DNA of 64,000 nt, from assembly GCA_041687035.1 (NCBI GenBank), contig JAWLCS010000002.1, positions 22,738-86,737 on the forward strand, given 5' to 3'. The notes below the pieces were generated by a model. It was not told the DNA's origin and ran no database searches. It saw only the letters and a program-made list of their open reading frames with translations. The DNA comes from Bacteroidales bacterium (GTDB lineage: Bacteria > Bacteroidota > Bacteroidia > Bacteroidales > UBA7960). Position numbers and translations under genes: made by a program. Within the stretch, counting starts at the first letter, position 1. Each line of letters opens with the position of its first letter. This document shows, one piece after another, positions 49,643 to 59,276 of the stretch.

Positions 49643-51385
49643 ATGAAAAGCATCAATTTTAAGATTTTAGCTTTAATGTTGCTTACGGCAACAGTTTTAA
49701 GTGGCTGTGCTATCAGCAAGATGGTAAAGAATTACGATGAACAGGTTCGTTACACTCCTGCTACCAACCCACTTGAAAATCATGGCGGCAAAGTTGCAGC
49801 CAATGTAAAAGGCAATATAAGCGAAGGTTACTTTGCTCGCAGAGCCATCATGGAGGTTACTCCTGTTTTGATTCATGAAGGCGGCGAGACAGAACTTCCC
49901 ACTGTTACCCTTCGTGGAACCAAAACCACCTCTGCAGGTACCATGGTGAACCTTGACCAGGCCAGCAGCTTCGACATGAACAACACCCTTAACTTTACGC
50001 CTGAAATGCTGGCTTCGGAGCTCGTGCTGCGCACCCGGATTTACAAAGAAGGCCGTGAGCAACGTGCAAGCATTCTTCCCGAAAGGAAAGTTGCTGATGG
50101 CACCATCAACACCTCGCAGCTTGTTGACAAGGGCGAATTTACCGTGGCCTACATGCCCGACAAATACGAAAAAGTGACCATTCATACCGAATCCGCCAAT
50201 CTCTATTTTGGTTATATGCGTCATAACCTCGACACACGTCTGGCCCTGAACCGCGACCCTGAGAACCAGGCAAAGATCACTGCCCTCGCTGATTTCGTAA
50301 AGAGAGGCTGGGAGTTTCAATCAATTGAAGTAAATGCATGGGCTTCTCCCGAAGGTGAAGTGGCTTTCAACGAAAAGCTTGCCGAGAACCGTTCAAAAAC
50401 CGGTGAAAAATACCTGGCCGACCTTTTCACACGTCTTGAAAAGGAAACCGAAACCACCATTGAAAAGCCTGCATTTAAAGTTTCTGCCAAAGGAGAAGAC
50501 TTTGATGGTTTCATGACTGCTTTGAATGCCAGCAACCTGCCCGACAAGCAGGCTATTGCCAATGTTATCAATGCCCAGGTAGCTCCCGCTGAAAGGGAAA
50601 GAAGAATTAAGGATATGACCCTGATTTATGCCGAAATTGAAAAGCTTCTTGAGCCCCTGCGTCGCGCTGAGTTTGTTGTACATCTTTACGAGCCCAAGAA
50701 AACCGATGCTGAAATGGCACAGCTTGCCACCAGTAATCCTTCTGAACTGACCCTGGAAGAGTTACTTTATGCTGCAACCCTTACCAACGACCTGAACACC
50801 AAGCTTGCCATTTACAAAGCCGGCCAGCAACTGTTCCCCCGTTGTGCCCGCCTGTTTAATAACGCTGCTGCCGTAAACATTGAACTTGGCAACATCGAAG
50901 CCGCTGCTGCCGACCTTGAAGTAGCCAACCAACTTGTTCCCGGTAACGCTTACATCCAAAACAACCTTGGTATTGTAGCTGCTTATAAAAACGATTACGT
51001 TAATGCCAAGAACCTGTTTACCACTGCCAACAGCAGTAACGTAAACACCAACACCAACCTGGGTGTTATTAACATTGTTCAGGGTGACTATCAGGCTGCT
51101 TCTACTGCATTAGCTACCAGTACCTGCACCTACAACCTGGCCATGTCGCAACTGATTTCCGGCAATGAGCAGGCCGCCCTTAACACCCTGAACTGCACCC
51201 CCGAATCGCCCCAGGTATTTTATCTGAAGGCCATTATTGGTGCCCGCAGAAACGACACCAGCCTGCTATACGACAACCTCCGTAAGGCTGTTGCCGCAGA
51301 ACCCAGCTACAAGGCTATTGCCAAAAAAGACCGTGAATTCATCCGCTATTTCGACCGCGCTGAATTCCAGGAAATCGTTAACTAA
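49643..51385 (+). CDS. Lipoprotein with OmpA-like domain and TPR repeats
   Basis: Lipobox LSGC; ASPEG...N..LA..R; NNLG/YNLA TPR motifs. Confidence 0.85.
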   Translation: MKSINFKILALMLLTATVLSGCAISKMVKNYDEQVRYTPATNPLENHGGKVAANVKGNISEGYFARRAIMEVTPVLIHEGGETELPTVTLRGTKTTSAGTMVNLDQASSFDMNNTLNFTPEMLASELVLRTRIYKEGREQRASILPERKVADGTINTSQLVDKGEFTVAYMPDKYEKVTIHTESANLYFGYMRHNLDTRLALNRDPENQAKITALADFVKRGWEFQSIEVNAWASPEGEVAFNEKLAENRSKTGEKYLADLFTRLEKETETTIEKPAFKVSAKGEDFDGFMTALNASNLPDKQAIANVINAQVAPAERERRIKDMTLIYAEIEKLLEPLRRAEFVVHLYEPKKTDAEMAQLATSNPSELTLEELLYAATLTNDLNTKLAIYKAGQQLFPRCARLFNNAAAVNIELGNIEAAAADLEVANQLVPGNAYIQNNLGIVAAYKNDYVNAKNLFTTANSSNVNTNTNLGVINIVQGDYQAASTALATSTCTYNLAMSQLISGNEQAALNTLNCTPESPQVFYLKAIIGARRNDTSLLYDNLRKAVAAEPSYKAIAKKDREFIRYFDRAEFQEIVN

Positions 51386-51403
51386 GATTTCTCTGATCCC
51401 AAT

Positions 51404-51436
51404 AAAAAAAAGCCGGCCCAACAGCCGGCTTTTTTT
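51404..51436. terminator. Bidirectional terminator
   Basis: AAAAAAAGCCGGC-ccaaca-GCCGGCTTTTTTT. Confidence 0.9.
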
Positions 51437-51448
51437 ATTTCCTTTTTC

Positions 51449-52084
51449 TTAGCTGAGTTTTATCCTGGTCAAACCTTTGGGGTATTCCAGGTTCATGGTG
51501 TTTACAATTTTCTCAAAATCGGCCGGACGGGCCACAAAGTCAAGGGCATTGACGTCGAGCAGCAGAATGCGCAAATGGGGTTGCTGTTTCAGATAATCGA
51601 GATAGCTCTCCTGTATCTTCTCGAGGTACTCGTCGGGTATGCGCTGCTCATATTCCCTGCCGCGCATTTTAATGTTAGTCTGCAGCCTGTAGGTCGAAAC
51701 AAAAAGGTGCACCAACAGGTCGGGCCGGGGCAGGTTGGCGTTCATTATATTAAAGAGGGTGATAAAAAGCTGGTATTCGTCATCGTTGAGGGTTTTACGT
51801 GCAAAGATCAATGACTTATTCAGGAAGTAATCGGAAATAGTAAAGTTGGTAAAAAGTTCCTGACTGGCCAGCTCGCGTTTCAACTGCTGGTAACGCTCAG
51901 CCAAAAAAGACAACTCAAGGGGAAATGCATATTTCTCCTGGTTTTCGTAAAACTTGGCCAGAAAGGGATTGTCCTCAAACCGTTCAAGAATCAGCTTGCC
52001 ATTGTACATTTGGGCAATTTTGGTGGCCAGGGTGGTTTTTCCTGCACCGATATTTCCTTCAATGGCAATGTAGTTATAACGCAT
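51449..52084 (-). CDS. Deoxynucleoside kinase
   Basis: IEGNIGAGKTT, FLAERYQQ and RGREYE motifs. Confidence 0.93.
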   Translation of the reverse strand: MRYNYIAIEGNIGAGKTTLATKIAQMYNGKLILERFEDNPFLAKFYENQEKYAFPLELSFLAERYQQLKRELASQELFTNFTISDYFLNKSLIFARKTLNDDEYQLFITLFNIMNANLPRPDLLVHLFVSTYRLQTNIKMRGREYEQRIPDEYLEKIQESYLDYLKQQPHLRILLLDVNALDFVARPADFEKIVNTMNLEYPKGLTRIKLS

Positions 52085-52095
52085 ACGTTTCTTTT

Positions 52096-52602
52096 TTAGC
52101 CGGCCTGATCTACGGCTGGATTTACTTTTTGAACGGCCAGGGTGTCATTACATGACAATAGTATTTCCGAGATGGTTTTTCCCATAAGGGGATGGACCAT
52201 TTCCGGGGCGATCTCTGCCAGCGGAAGCAGGGTAAAACGCCTCAGGTGAAGCCTGGGATGTGGGATTTCCAGCCCGGGGTTGATGATGACCTGTTGGTTG
52301 AAAAACAGAATATCGATATCGATGCTGCGCGATTCCATTACCCCGGCCAAACGCGTCCTTCCCAATGAGGTTTCGATTTCGAGAAGTGTCTGCAGCAATT
52401 CTGCAGGTGCGAGCATGGTTTCGGCCAACAACACCTGGTTCAGGAAATGGCTGTCGGCTTCAAAACCCCAGGGTTCGCTTTGATAAAGCGAACTGGCAAG
52501 AATTACTGTGCCTACCCTTTCCATGATCTGCTGGCGGGCCAGTGCAAAAGTTTCGGACACATTGCCCTGGTTGCCTCCCAAAAGGAGAAATACTTTATTC
52601 AT
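52096..52602 (-). CDS. folK: 2-amino-4-hydroxy-6-hydroxymethyldihydropteridine diphosphokinase
   Basis: LGGNQG, FLNQ, R.IDIDIL, IPHPR and R.F.L.PL motifs. Confidence 0.95.
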   Translation of the reverse strand: MNKVFLLLGGNQGNVSETFALARQQIMERVGTVILASSLYQSEPWGFEADSHFLNQVLLAETMLAPAELLQTLLEIETSLGRTRLAGVMESRSIDIDILFFNQQVIINPGLEIPHPRLHLRRFTLLPLAEIAPEMVHPLMGKTISEILLSCNDTLAVQKVNPAVDQAG

Positions 52603-52755
52603 TTGCTTGCCCAATAATGGGGTTTTAATTTCCAGACAAAATTCAGTAAAATAATCGGGAAAGCAAAAACAAATCAGGTTGGGTTTTACAAAGCGTAACG
52701 CTGAAATTTGTAATATTGTAAAACTTTTAATATTCACAAAAAATTCGTCGGCACC

Positions 52756-52820
52756 ATGAAACGAGCATGATTCGTTAAACACAAATACGGATGTAAATTC
52801 ATCATGCGAGTTCCATCCGA
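52756..52820 (+). repeat. Dispersed ~65-bp two-hairpin element, copy 2
   Basis: Matches the reverse complement of 7996-8059. Confidence 0.9.
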
Positions 52821-52844
52821 CTTTAATTTAAAAATCATTTACGG

Positions 52845-54617
52845 ATGAAACAATTCTTCAAATTTATGTTTGCCTCCATGCTGGGGTTTTTCATTTCGGC
52901 CATCATTTTATTTTTTATTCTGATCGGAATGCTGGCCTCCCTGGCTTCTTTCTCAAAGAAAGAGGTTGTACTCCTTAAGCCCCAAACGGTACTTCACCTT
53001 AATTTAACCACCGAAATTGTTGACCGCGGAGGCGCCAATCCTTTCGATTCTTTCGATCCCATGAGCTTTCAGGCCAAGTCGGCCGTGGGTCTTAACGACC
53101 TTCTCAAAAACCTGAAAAAAGCCAAAAACGACCCAAATGTCGATGGCATTTTTCTTGACCTGAGTTTGATGCAGGCCGGGTGGAGCACCATCGACGAAGT
53201 AAGGCAAGGCCTGGAAGACTTTAAAGAATCCGGAAAGTTTATTGTGGCTTACGGCGAGACCTACACCCAGAATGCTTACTATCTTGGGTCTGTTGCCGAC
53301 AAGGTTTACCTCCATCCCGAAGGAGCTATCGATTTCAGGGGGCTTAACTCCGAGCTGGTCTTCTTTAAAAACATGCTTGAAAAAGTTGGCATTGAGCCAC
53401 AAGTTATTCGCCATGGCAAATTCAAAAGTGCCACCGAGCCTTTTTTTCTCGAGAAAATGAGCGACGAAAACCGCGAGCAGATACAGGCCTATGTGAGTTC
53501 GATCTGGAATAACGTTTTGAAGGACATTTCCGACAGCCGTAACCTCACCATCAACCACCTGAACGATGTGGCCAACGGTTTTAACACCCGTAATGCCAGC
53601 CTTGCCCTGGAGTGGCAAATGATTGATGGAATAATGCACCGCGATGAGGTATTAGATGAGATTAAAGACCGCCTTGAACATGAAAAGGCCAGTGATATTG
53701 AGTTTGTGGCACTCAACAAGTATCAGAATGTTCCAGAGTCGAAAGAAAGCCGCAGTCCGCGCAGCCGCGACAAGATTGCCGTTGTTTATGGAATGGGAGG
53801 CATAGTCTCGGGCGAAGGCACAGAACGCAACATGGGTTCTGAACGCATTGCATCTGCCATTCGTGAAGCCAGGCTCGACACCACCGTAAAAGCCATTGTT
53901 TTCCGAATCAACTCGCCCGGCGGCAGTGCCCTGGCTTCTGATGTGATTTTGCGCGAAGTGAAGCTGGCCAGCCAGGTAAAGCCTGTAATCGCTTCCATGG
54001 GCGATGTGGCGGCTTCAGGCGGTTATTATGTGGCTTGCGGTGCCGACATGATCGTGGCCAGCCCCAGTACCATTACCGGCTCCATTGGAGTTTTCGGACT
54101 CATTCCGAATATGCAGAACTTTTTCAATCAGAAACTGGGCATCACTTTCGACAACGTTAAGACCAACGAATATGCCGACCTGATGACTATTTCCAGGCCG
54201 TTGACCCGCAATGAGCGCGCCATTATCCAGGAAGGTGTCGAGCAGGTTTACGACACCTTTATCGGACACGTGGCCGAAGGCCGCGGCATACCGGTTGAGT
54301 TGGTCGACAGCATTGGCCAGGGCAGGGTTTGGAGCGGTGCCGATGCCAAGCGAATAGGGCTGGTAGATGAACTGGGCGGACTGAATTTCGCCATTGAAAA
54401 AGCTGCCGAGAAAGCCGGACTCGAAAACTACCGCCTGGTGGAATATCCCACCCACAAGGATTTTCTGGCACAACTGATGGAAAGCTTCGGCAACATGCAG
54501 GAAGTATTTGTCAAACGCAGGATGGGCGAAGCATACCGATACTATGAGCAAGTTCAGCATGTAAATGAAATGACCGGCATTATGACCCGCTTACCTTACG
54601 ACATTGTTATTGATTAA
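52845..54617 (+). CDS. sppA: Signal peptide peptidase SppA (67 kDa type)
   Basis: GKFKSA.EP, RINSPGGS, AASGGY and TGSIGV motifs. Confidence 0.96.
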   Translation: MKQFFKFMFASMLGFFISAIILFFILIGMLASLASFSKKEVVLLKPQTVLHLNLTTEIVDRGGANPFDSFDPMSFQAKSAVGLNDLLKNLKKAKNDPNVDGIFLDLSLMQAGWSTIDEVRQGLEDFKESGKFIVAYGETYTQNAYYLGSVADKVYLHPEGAIDFRGLNSELVFFKNMLEKVGIEPQVIRHGKFKSATEPFFLEKMSDENREQIQAYVSSIWNNVLKDISDSRNLTINHLNDVANGFNTRNASLALEWQMIDGIMHRDEVLDEIKDRLEHEKASDIEFVALNKYQNVPESKESRSPRSRDKIAVVYGMGGIVSGEGTERNMGSERIASAIREARLDTTVKAIVFRINSPGGSALASDVILREVKLASQVKPVIASMGDVAASGGYYVACGADMIVASPSTITGSIGVFGLIPNMQNFFNQKLGITFDNVKTNEYADLMTISRPLTRNERAIIQEGVEQVYDTFIGHVAEGRGIPVELVDSIGQGRVWSGADAKRIGLVDELGGLNFAIEKAAEKAGLENYRLVEYPTHKDFLAQLMESFGNMQEVFVKRRMGEAYRYYEQVQHVNEMTGIMTRLPYDIVID

Positions 54618-54634
54618 CAACCAAATTACATAAA

Positions 54635-54669
54635 AACAGAAGAGGGGGCGTGTGCCCCCTCTTCTGTTT
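54635..54669. terminator. Bidirectional terminator
   Basis: AACAGAAGAGGGGGC-gtgt-GCCCCCTCTTCTGTT. Confidence 0.88.
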
Positions 54670-54686
54670 AATAACAGTAAGATTTT

Positions 54687-55700
54687 TTAAACCTGCGGAT
54701 ATTTTTTCATAATATCAAATGGCTTCATGAGCAGGTCTACATATTGCGCACGCTGATAAGCATAAGGATCGGCAAGATTTTGCTTTGAAAGCTTTCCGCG
54801 GAAGGCTTCCAGCGAGTCATATCCCTTATCTTTCATCCAGGCAGAAATATCGCTGAGCATTTGGGTAATATGTCCCGCCTTGTTTTTATACACGGTGCTC
54901 ACAACCTGCACGGCATCGGCGCCAGCCAGCAGCATACGCACCGCGTCCTGTCCGGTAAATATGCCCGAGTTGCTGCAAACGCTGCCTTTAATATTTTTAT
55001 GCAGCAAGCCCGCATAGCGTAACGGCAAACGGTAATCGCCCACCTGGCTCAGGTTGAAGGGGAAGCTCATCTCCTGTTTTTCCACATTGATCTCGGGCTG
55101 ATACAGCCTGTTGAAAAGCACAAAGCCATTGGCACCTGCCTTATCCATGCGCTTGATCAGCTGCAGTGGATTGGTGTAAAATGGGCTGAGCTTGACACTA
55201 ACCGGTATTTTAACCTTCGCCTTAACCGCTTCAAGAATCTTAACCTGTTCGTCTTCTTCTTTCTGGCCATTGCTTTCAAAATCGCTCGGAGAGGTATAGA
55301 AGTTCAGTTCCAGTGCATCAATGCCAGTCTTTTCCATTTCAACGGCATACTCAACCCAGGTACTCTCATTCACACAGTTAAGGCTTCCTATAACCGGAAT
55401 ACTCAGGGCTTTTTTCAGTTGACTGAGTTTTTCGAGGTGCTCTGCAGGCCCTGCATGCCTCAGGCTGGGGAATAGACTGACCATTTCGGCATTGCGCTCG
55501 TCATATTCGTGCAAATCCTCCTCCATTTGAATGCTTTCGAGGTTGATCTGCTCTTCGAACAGCGACTTGAACACCACGGCCGCAATACCTGCTTTTTCAA
55601 GGTTGCGGGCCGTGTCAAGATCAAAAGTAAGGTTACAAGCACCTAAAATAATCGGGTTTTTTAGCTCCAAACCCATATAAGTCGTTTTCAAATTTGCCAT
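54687..55700 (-). CDS. Dihydroorotate dehydrogenase-like flavoprotein
   Basis: T.YMGL.LKNP, SLFEEQI, VKLSP, LFNR.YQP and LLAGA motifs. Confidence 0.88.
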   Translation of the reverse strand: MANLKTTYMGLELKNPIILGACNLTFDLDTARNLEKAGIAAVVFKSLFEEQINLESIQMEEDLHEYDERNAEMVSLFPSLRHAGPAEHLEKLSQLKKALSIPVIGSLNCVNESTWVEYAVEMEKTGIDALELNFYTSPSDFESNGQKEEDEQVKILEAVKAKVKIPVSVKLSPFYTNPLQLIKRMDKAGANGFVLFNRLYQPEINVEKQEMSFPFNLSQVGDYRLPLRYAGLLHKNIKGSVCSNSGIFTGQDAVRMLLAGADAVQVVSTVYKNKAGHITQMLSDISAWMKDKGYDSLEAFRGKLSKQNLADPYAYQRAQYVDLLMKPFDIMKKYPQV

Positions 55701-55926
55701 ATTAATCCTCCATGATTGTTTTTATGTTGCATAAATTTATTAATATAATCTCACGTATGCAAAAAAATCACTTTTTTAAATTCACTTTTATGGAAATTTA
55801 ATAATATGGCCGTTTTCAGCAGGTTCAATATTTGGCGGCAAACCTTGCATTGGGGTATTTGAAAATTTTATTATCTTTATGACGTTTGATTGTTGAATTT
55901 CAAACACTTAACCTCTATATTTAAAA

Positions 55927-56343
55927 ATGGAAAAGAAAAGCAGGCGACGGTTTTTACGTACGGCAATTACACTGCCCAGTATTGCGCTGGTTCCGGTTTT
56001 TCTGCTCAGAGGGCTTCAAAATCAGGTCAAAGGCATGAACATAAGTGATTATGAGCCGGGGTTCATAAAACTGCATAAAAACGGGGAGCTGAAGGCCCGC
56101 GGACTTATGATCCGTCATTTGGTAATGCCCGGCAATGTGGCGCAAAGTCAAAAGGTAATGCAGTGGATTGCCAGCAACCTACCGAAGAACACCTATGTCA
56201 ATATCATGTCGCAGTATACGCCCATGTTTCGCGCAAGCGAATTTCCCGAGATTGCCAGGCGGATAACCTTTGCTGAATATCAAAATGCAGTTAACGCAGC
56301 AAGGCGCGCTGGGCTTACCAACCTAAGGCTGCAAATGCAATAG
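55927..56343 (+). pseudogene. PflX-like radical SAM gene with in-frame loss of the catalytic core
   Basis: YEPGFIKLHKNGELKARG joined directly to LMIRHLVMPG...VNIMSQYTP...RRIT..EY; no Cys in 138 aa. Confidence 0.7.
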
Positions 56344-56427
56344 CCGTTGTTCAGCATTTCTTAATTAGAACAGAGCATCCGGAAAAACAAAAAACCCGCT
56401 TGAACTTGCGGGCCAGTTGCGTTATAT

Positions 56428-56553
56428 AAAAAAGCAAGAGGTGGCACGGTAATCCACCTCCTGCTCTTTTTAACCACCAAAACAAAACAACATTAACCAA
56501 TAAAACAACTAAAACCTTGCAAAACTTTTTGAAGCTGGTTCTGCCTTAAACAG
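56428..56553 (-). ncRNA. Candidate GU-rich small RNA
   Basis: TAAATTGG -7-like element, G/U-rich tract, then terminator AGCAGGAGGTGG...CCACCTCTTGCT-TTTTT; no long ORF. Confidence 0.5.
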
Positions 56554-56690
56554 CATACCAATTTAAACAAACTTTTAAAGAAAAACAAGACATTTTTTGT
56601 CTTTTTATTTCTTTTTCAAAGTTAATCTTGTTCAACAATCAAAACAACCGTATTTACGCGTGTTTTAGCGGGAGATTACGCCTAAAGGTA

Positions 56691-58118
56691 TCACTTATTT
56701 TTAGTGTTTTTTACTAAAATTCTGGACTCGAGCATATCGAGCATGGCATATTTAACCCCTTCCCTGCCGAGCCCGCTATCTTTTACCCCTCCGTATGGCA
56801 TATGGTCGGTTCGAAATATTGGGGTGTCATTATGAATTACCCCTCCAACCTCGAGCTCATTAAAGGCCAGGTCGAGTTCATCAACTTTTTTGGTAAAAAC
56901 GCCTGCCTGCAAACCAAAGCGACTGTTATTGACCATATTTATGGCCTCGCCGAAGTCATCAAATGCATTGAGGGTGACCACGGGACCAAATACTTCCTCA
57001 TCAAAAACCTTCATGCCGGGCTCAGCCCCGATGATTATGGTTGGCTCCACATAATTTCCGTTTCGGCCGCCACCACAAAGCACCTTGGCTCCTGCATCAG
57101 CAGCCTCAGCAATCCATGTCTCCACCCTTCTGGCATTACCTTCATCGATCATTGTCGTAATGTCAGTTTCGGGTGAAAGCGGATCACCATATTTTAAATT
57201 TCTTGCCCCTTCTACCAGCTTTGTGGCAAAGGCGTCGAACAGGCTTTGATGCACAAAAATTCGCTGGGCGTGAATGCACACCTGACCCTGATAGGCAAAA
57301 CCGCCTACCAGGCAACGTTTTACGGCATAATCAAGATCAGCAGAAGCGGCGACTATTGTGCCGGCATTGCCGCCCAGCTCGAGCACCACTTTTTTCTTTC
57401 CGGCATCCTCTTTCATTTTCCAGCCCACCTCGGGCGATCCGGTAAACGACAACAGCCTGAAACGTTCATCGGTAACCAGGCGGTTTCCGGTTTTTCGATC
57501 CATTGGCAAAATGGAAACCGCTCCTTTGGGCAAGGCGGTTTCGTCAATTATTTTTGCCAGCTCAAGGGTTGAAAGCGGGGTGGAAGAAGCCGGCTTTAAC
57601 ACAATGGGGCAGCCCGTGGCAATGGCTGGGGCAATTTTATGCACGGCCAGGTTTAGCGGAAAGTTGAAAGGGCTGATCCCGGCTACTGGACCAATTGGAA
57701 AATATTTCACCAAGCCTTCGCGCCCTGCCGCTTCGGGGGTCCAGTCGAGCGAAAGGTATTCCCCGGGCTGCCGCCTGGCTTCTTCAGAAGCAACGAAAAA
57801 AGTTTGTGCAGCACGCCTAACCTCGGCAAGGGCATATCGCCAGGGCTTGGCCGCCTCGCGGGCAATGATTCTGGCAAAAACATCTTCCCGGGCTGTGATC
57901 TTATCAGATATCTCGCGTAATATGCTACTGCGTTCAAAGGCATGCATTTTCTTCATGGCTTCGGCCGCAACGAGGGCTGCAGCAACCGATCGGTCAAACT
58001 CTTCGTTTCCGGCCAGCCAGGTTCGGGCAAAAGGTTTGCCATCGAAAGGACCATATACAATGTGTTCACGAGAGGTCCTTACAAAAGAACCTCCTGAATA
58101 AACAAGGAAAGACTCCAT
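56691..58118 (-). CDS. Aldehyde dehydrogenase family protein
   Basis: PFNFPLN, FTGS, LELGGN, GQVC, EEVFGP and PYGGVKDSG motifs. Confidence 0.95.
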   Translation of the reverse strand: MESFLVYSGGSFVRTSREHIVYGPFDGKPFARTWLAGNEEFDRSVAAALVAAEAMKKMHAFERSSILREISDKITAREDVFARIIAREAAKPWRYALAEVRRAAQTFFVASEEARRQPGEYLSLDWTPEAAGREGLVKYFPIGPVAGISPFNFPLNLAVHKIAPAIATGCPIVLKPASSTPLSTLELAKIIDETALPKGAVSILPMDRKTGNRLVTDERFRLLSFTGSPEVGWKMKEDAGKKKVVLELGGNAGTIVAASADLDYAVKRCLVGGFAYQGQVCIHAQRIFVHQSLFDAFATKLVEGARNLKYGDPLSPETDITTMIDEGNARRVETWIAEAADAGAKVLCGGGRNGNYVEPTIIIGAEPGMKVFDEEVFGPVVTLNAFDDFGEAINMVNNSRFGLQAGVFTKKVDELDLAFNELEVGGVIHNDTPIFRTDHMPYGGVKDSGLGREGVKYAMLDMLESRILVKNTKNK

Positions 58119-58134
58119 AACTCCGAAGATTAAT

Positions 58135-58788
58135 TTACCAAATGGTATTGCGGTGAAAAGGCGATGGGGCAAAGAGCCCATGATTAAACCCGCCAAACTG
58201 ATTGAAAGGATTGAAAGGGTTATACCCTTGCGAAACATTGAGCTGTGCGCCAAAGCGGAAATTTTCGGTAACACGGTAGTCGAAGCCTACCATCATCCCC
58301 CGCGGACTCATGTTAAAGGCCTGTGGGTTCATTTGGGGCTGAGCCAACTGCAGGTTGTTTCTCTCAAACCAAGTGCCTCCGGTAAGGGTAAGCCGCTCAT
58401 TGAGCTGGTAGGCTCCCAGGGCATACACGCTTCCGCTGAAAAGGCGCTGGGGCATCATACCTGCCTGGGCTACCGGAACCAGACCAAAAGGCGAAAAACC
58501 GCCTGCCCCCGAGAACTGCCCGGTGGAAAAAACACTGCCAACCACCAAGCTGAAACGCTGAGCAGGATTCCACTGAAAATGAGGAGCAAAAGATTGTGAG
58601 AACAAGGAGCTTCCGCCAAAGGCAGTGGTAAACGAAGAACCTAACTGAAGGCCAAAGTCTATTTTGGGTATCTCAAGGATAGGTTCGCCAGCCGATTGAA
58701 GCCCGGAAGTCTGCTGAGCCGGCAAAGTGGCAACGGCAAAAAACAGGAACAATGAGAAGAAAAAAAACCGAGAGAAAAATGTTTTCAT
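58135..58788 (-). CDS. Hypothetical exported protein, possibly small beta-barrel
   Basis: Signal peptide; alternating beta-strand pattern; low-complexity N/P/F tail. Confidence 0.7.
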   Translation of the reverse strand: MKTFFSRFFFFSLFLFFAVATLPAQQTSGLQSAGEPILEIPKIDFGLQLGSSFTTAFGGSSLFSQSFAPHFQWNPAQRFSLVVGSVFSTGQFSGAGGFSPFGLVPVAQAGMMPQRLFSGSVYALGAYQLNERLTLTGGTWFERNNLQLAQPQMNPQAFNMSPRGMMVGFDYRVTENFRFGAQLNVSQGYNPFNPFNQFGGFNHGLFAPSPFHRNTIW

Positions 58789-58982
58789 ACCGTCAGGTTT
58801 TTAAGTTCATAAGATTAAACGCGACAAAACGTCGTATGTTTACAAAACCCAACGCAAATCTAATAAATTCTGCGGCTTTTATCAAGTCTGGTATTCTTTT
58901 CCAATGCCAATAATTCACAAAACAAATGCGCCAGCAATCTGTTATTCATAAAAATCAATTTCATATTAAAAATCAAATTGAC

Positions 58983-59189
58983 ATGAAAACCAACATGGGC
59001 ACCATCGACAAGGTAATTCGCATTATTGCAGCAATATTGGTAGCATTCCTTGTTTATACTGACGTCCTGAGCGGCATTCCGGCCATTATTCTTTCTGTGC
59101 TGGCTATTGTTTTAGTTCTTACCAGCATGGTTGGGGTTTGCCCCTTTTACCTTCCACTGGGTATTAATACCAAAAGAAACAAGAAATAG
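58983..59189 (+). CDS. DUF2892 (YgaP-like) membrane protein
   Basis: NMG.IDK.IR and G.CP.Y..LGINT motifs. Confidence 0.9.
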   Translation: MKTNMGTIDKVIRIIAAILVAFLVYTDVLSGIPAIILSVLAIVLVLTSMVGVCPFYLPLGINTKRNKK

Positions 59190-59276
59190 ACAAAATTCTT
59201 ATTTCTTGTATTTTTATGTGTTTCCGACCTTTATTTTTTGGACTTTTGTAAAAGGTAATCCAAAAATATAAGGATC

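Noticed and set aside
52603-52782. N-terminal extensions of folK and similarly upp, radC, ALDH, aspS and the DoxX gene
   Set aside because: They come from upstream alternative starts crossing promoters or neighbouring genes; family similarity starts at the downstream ATG
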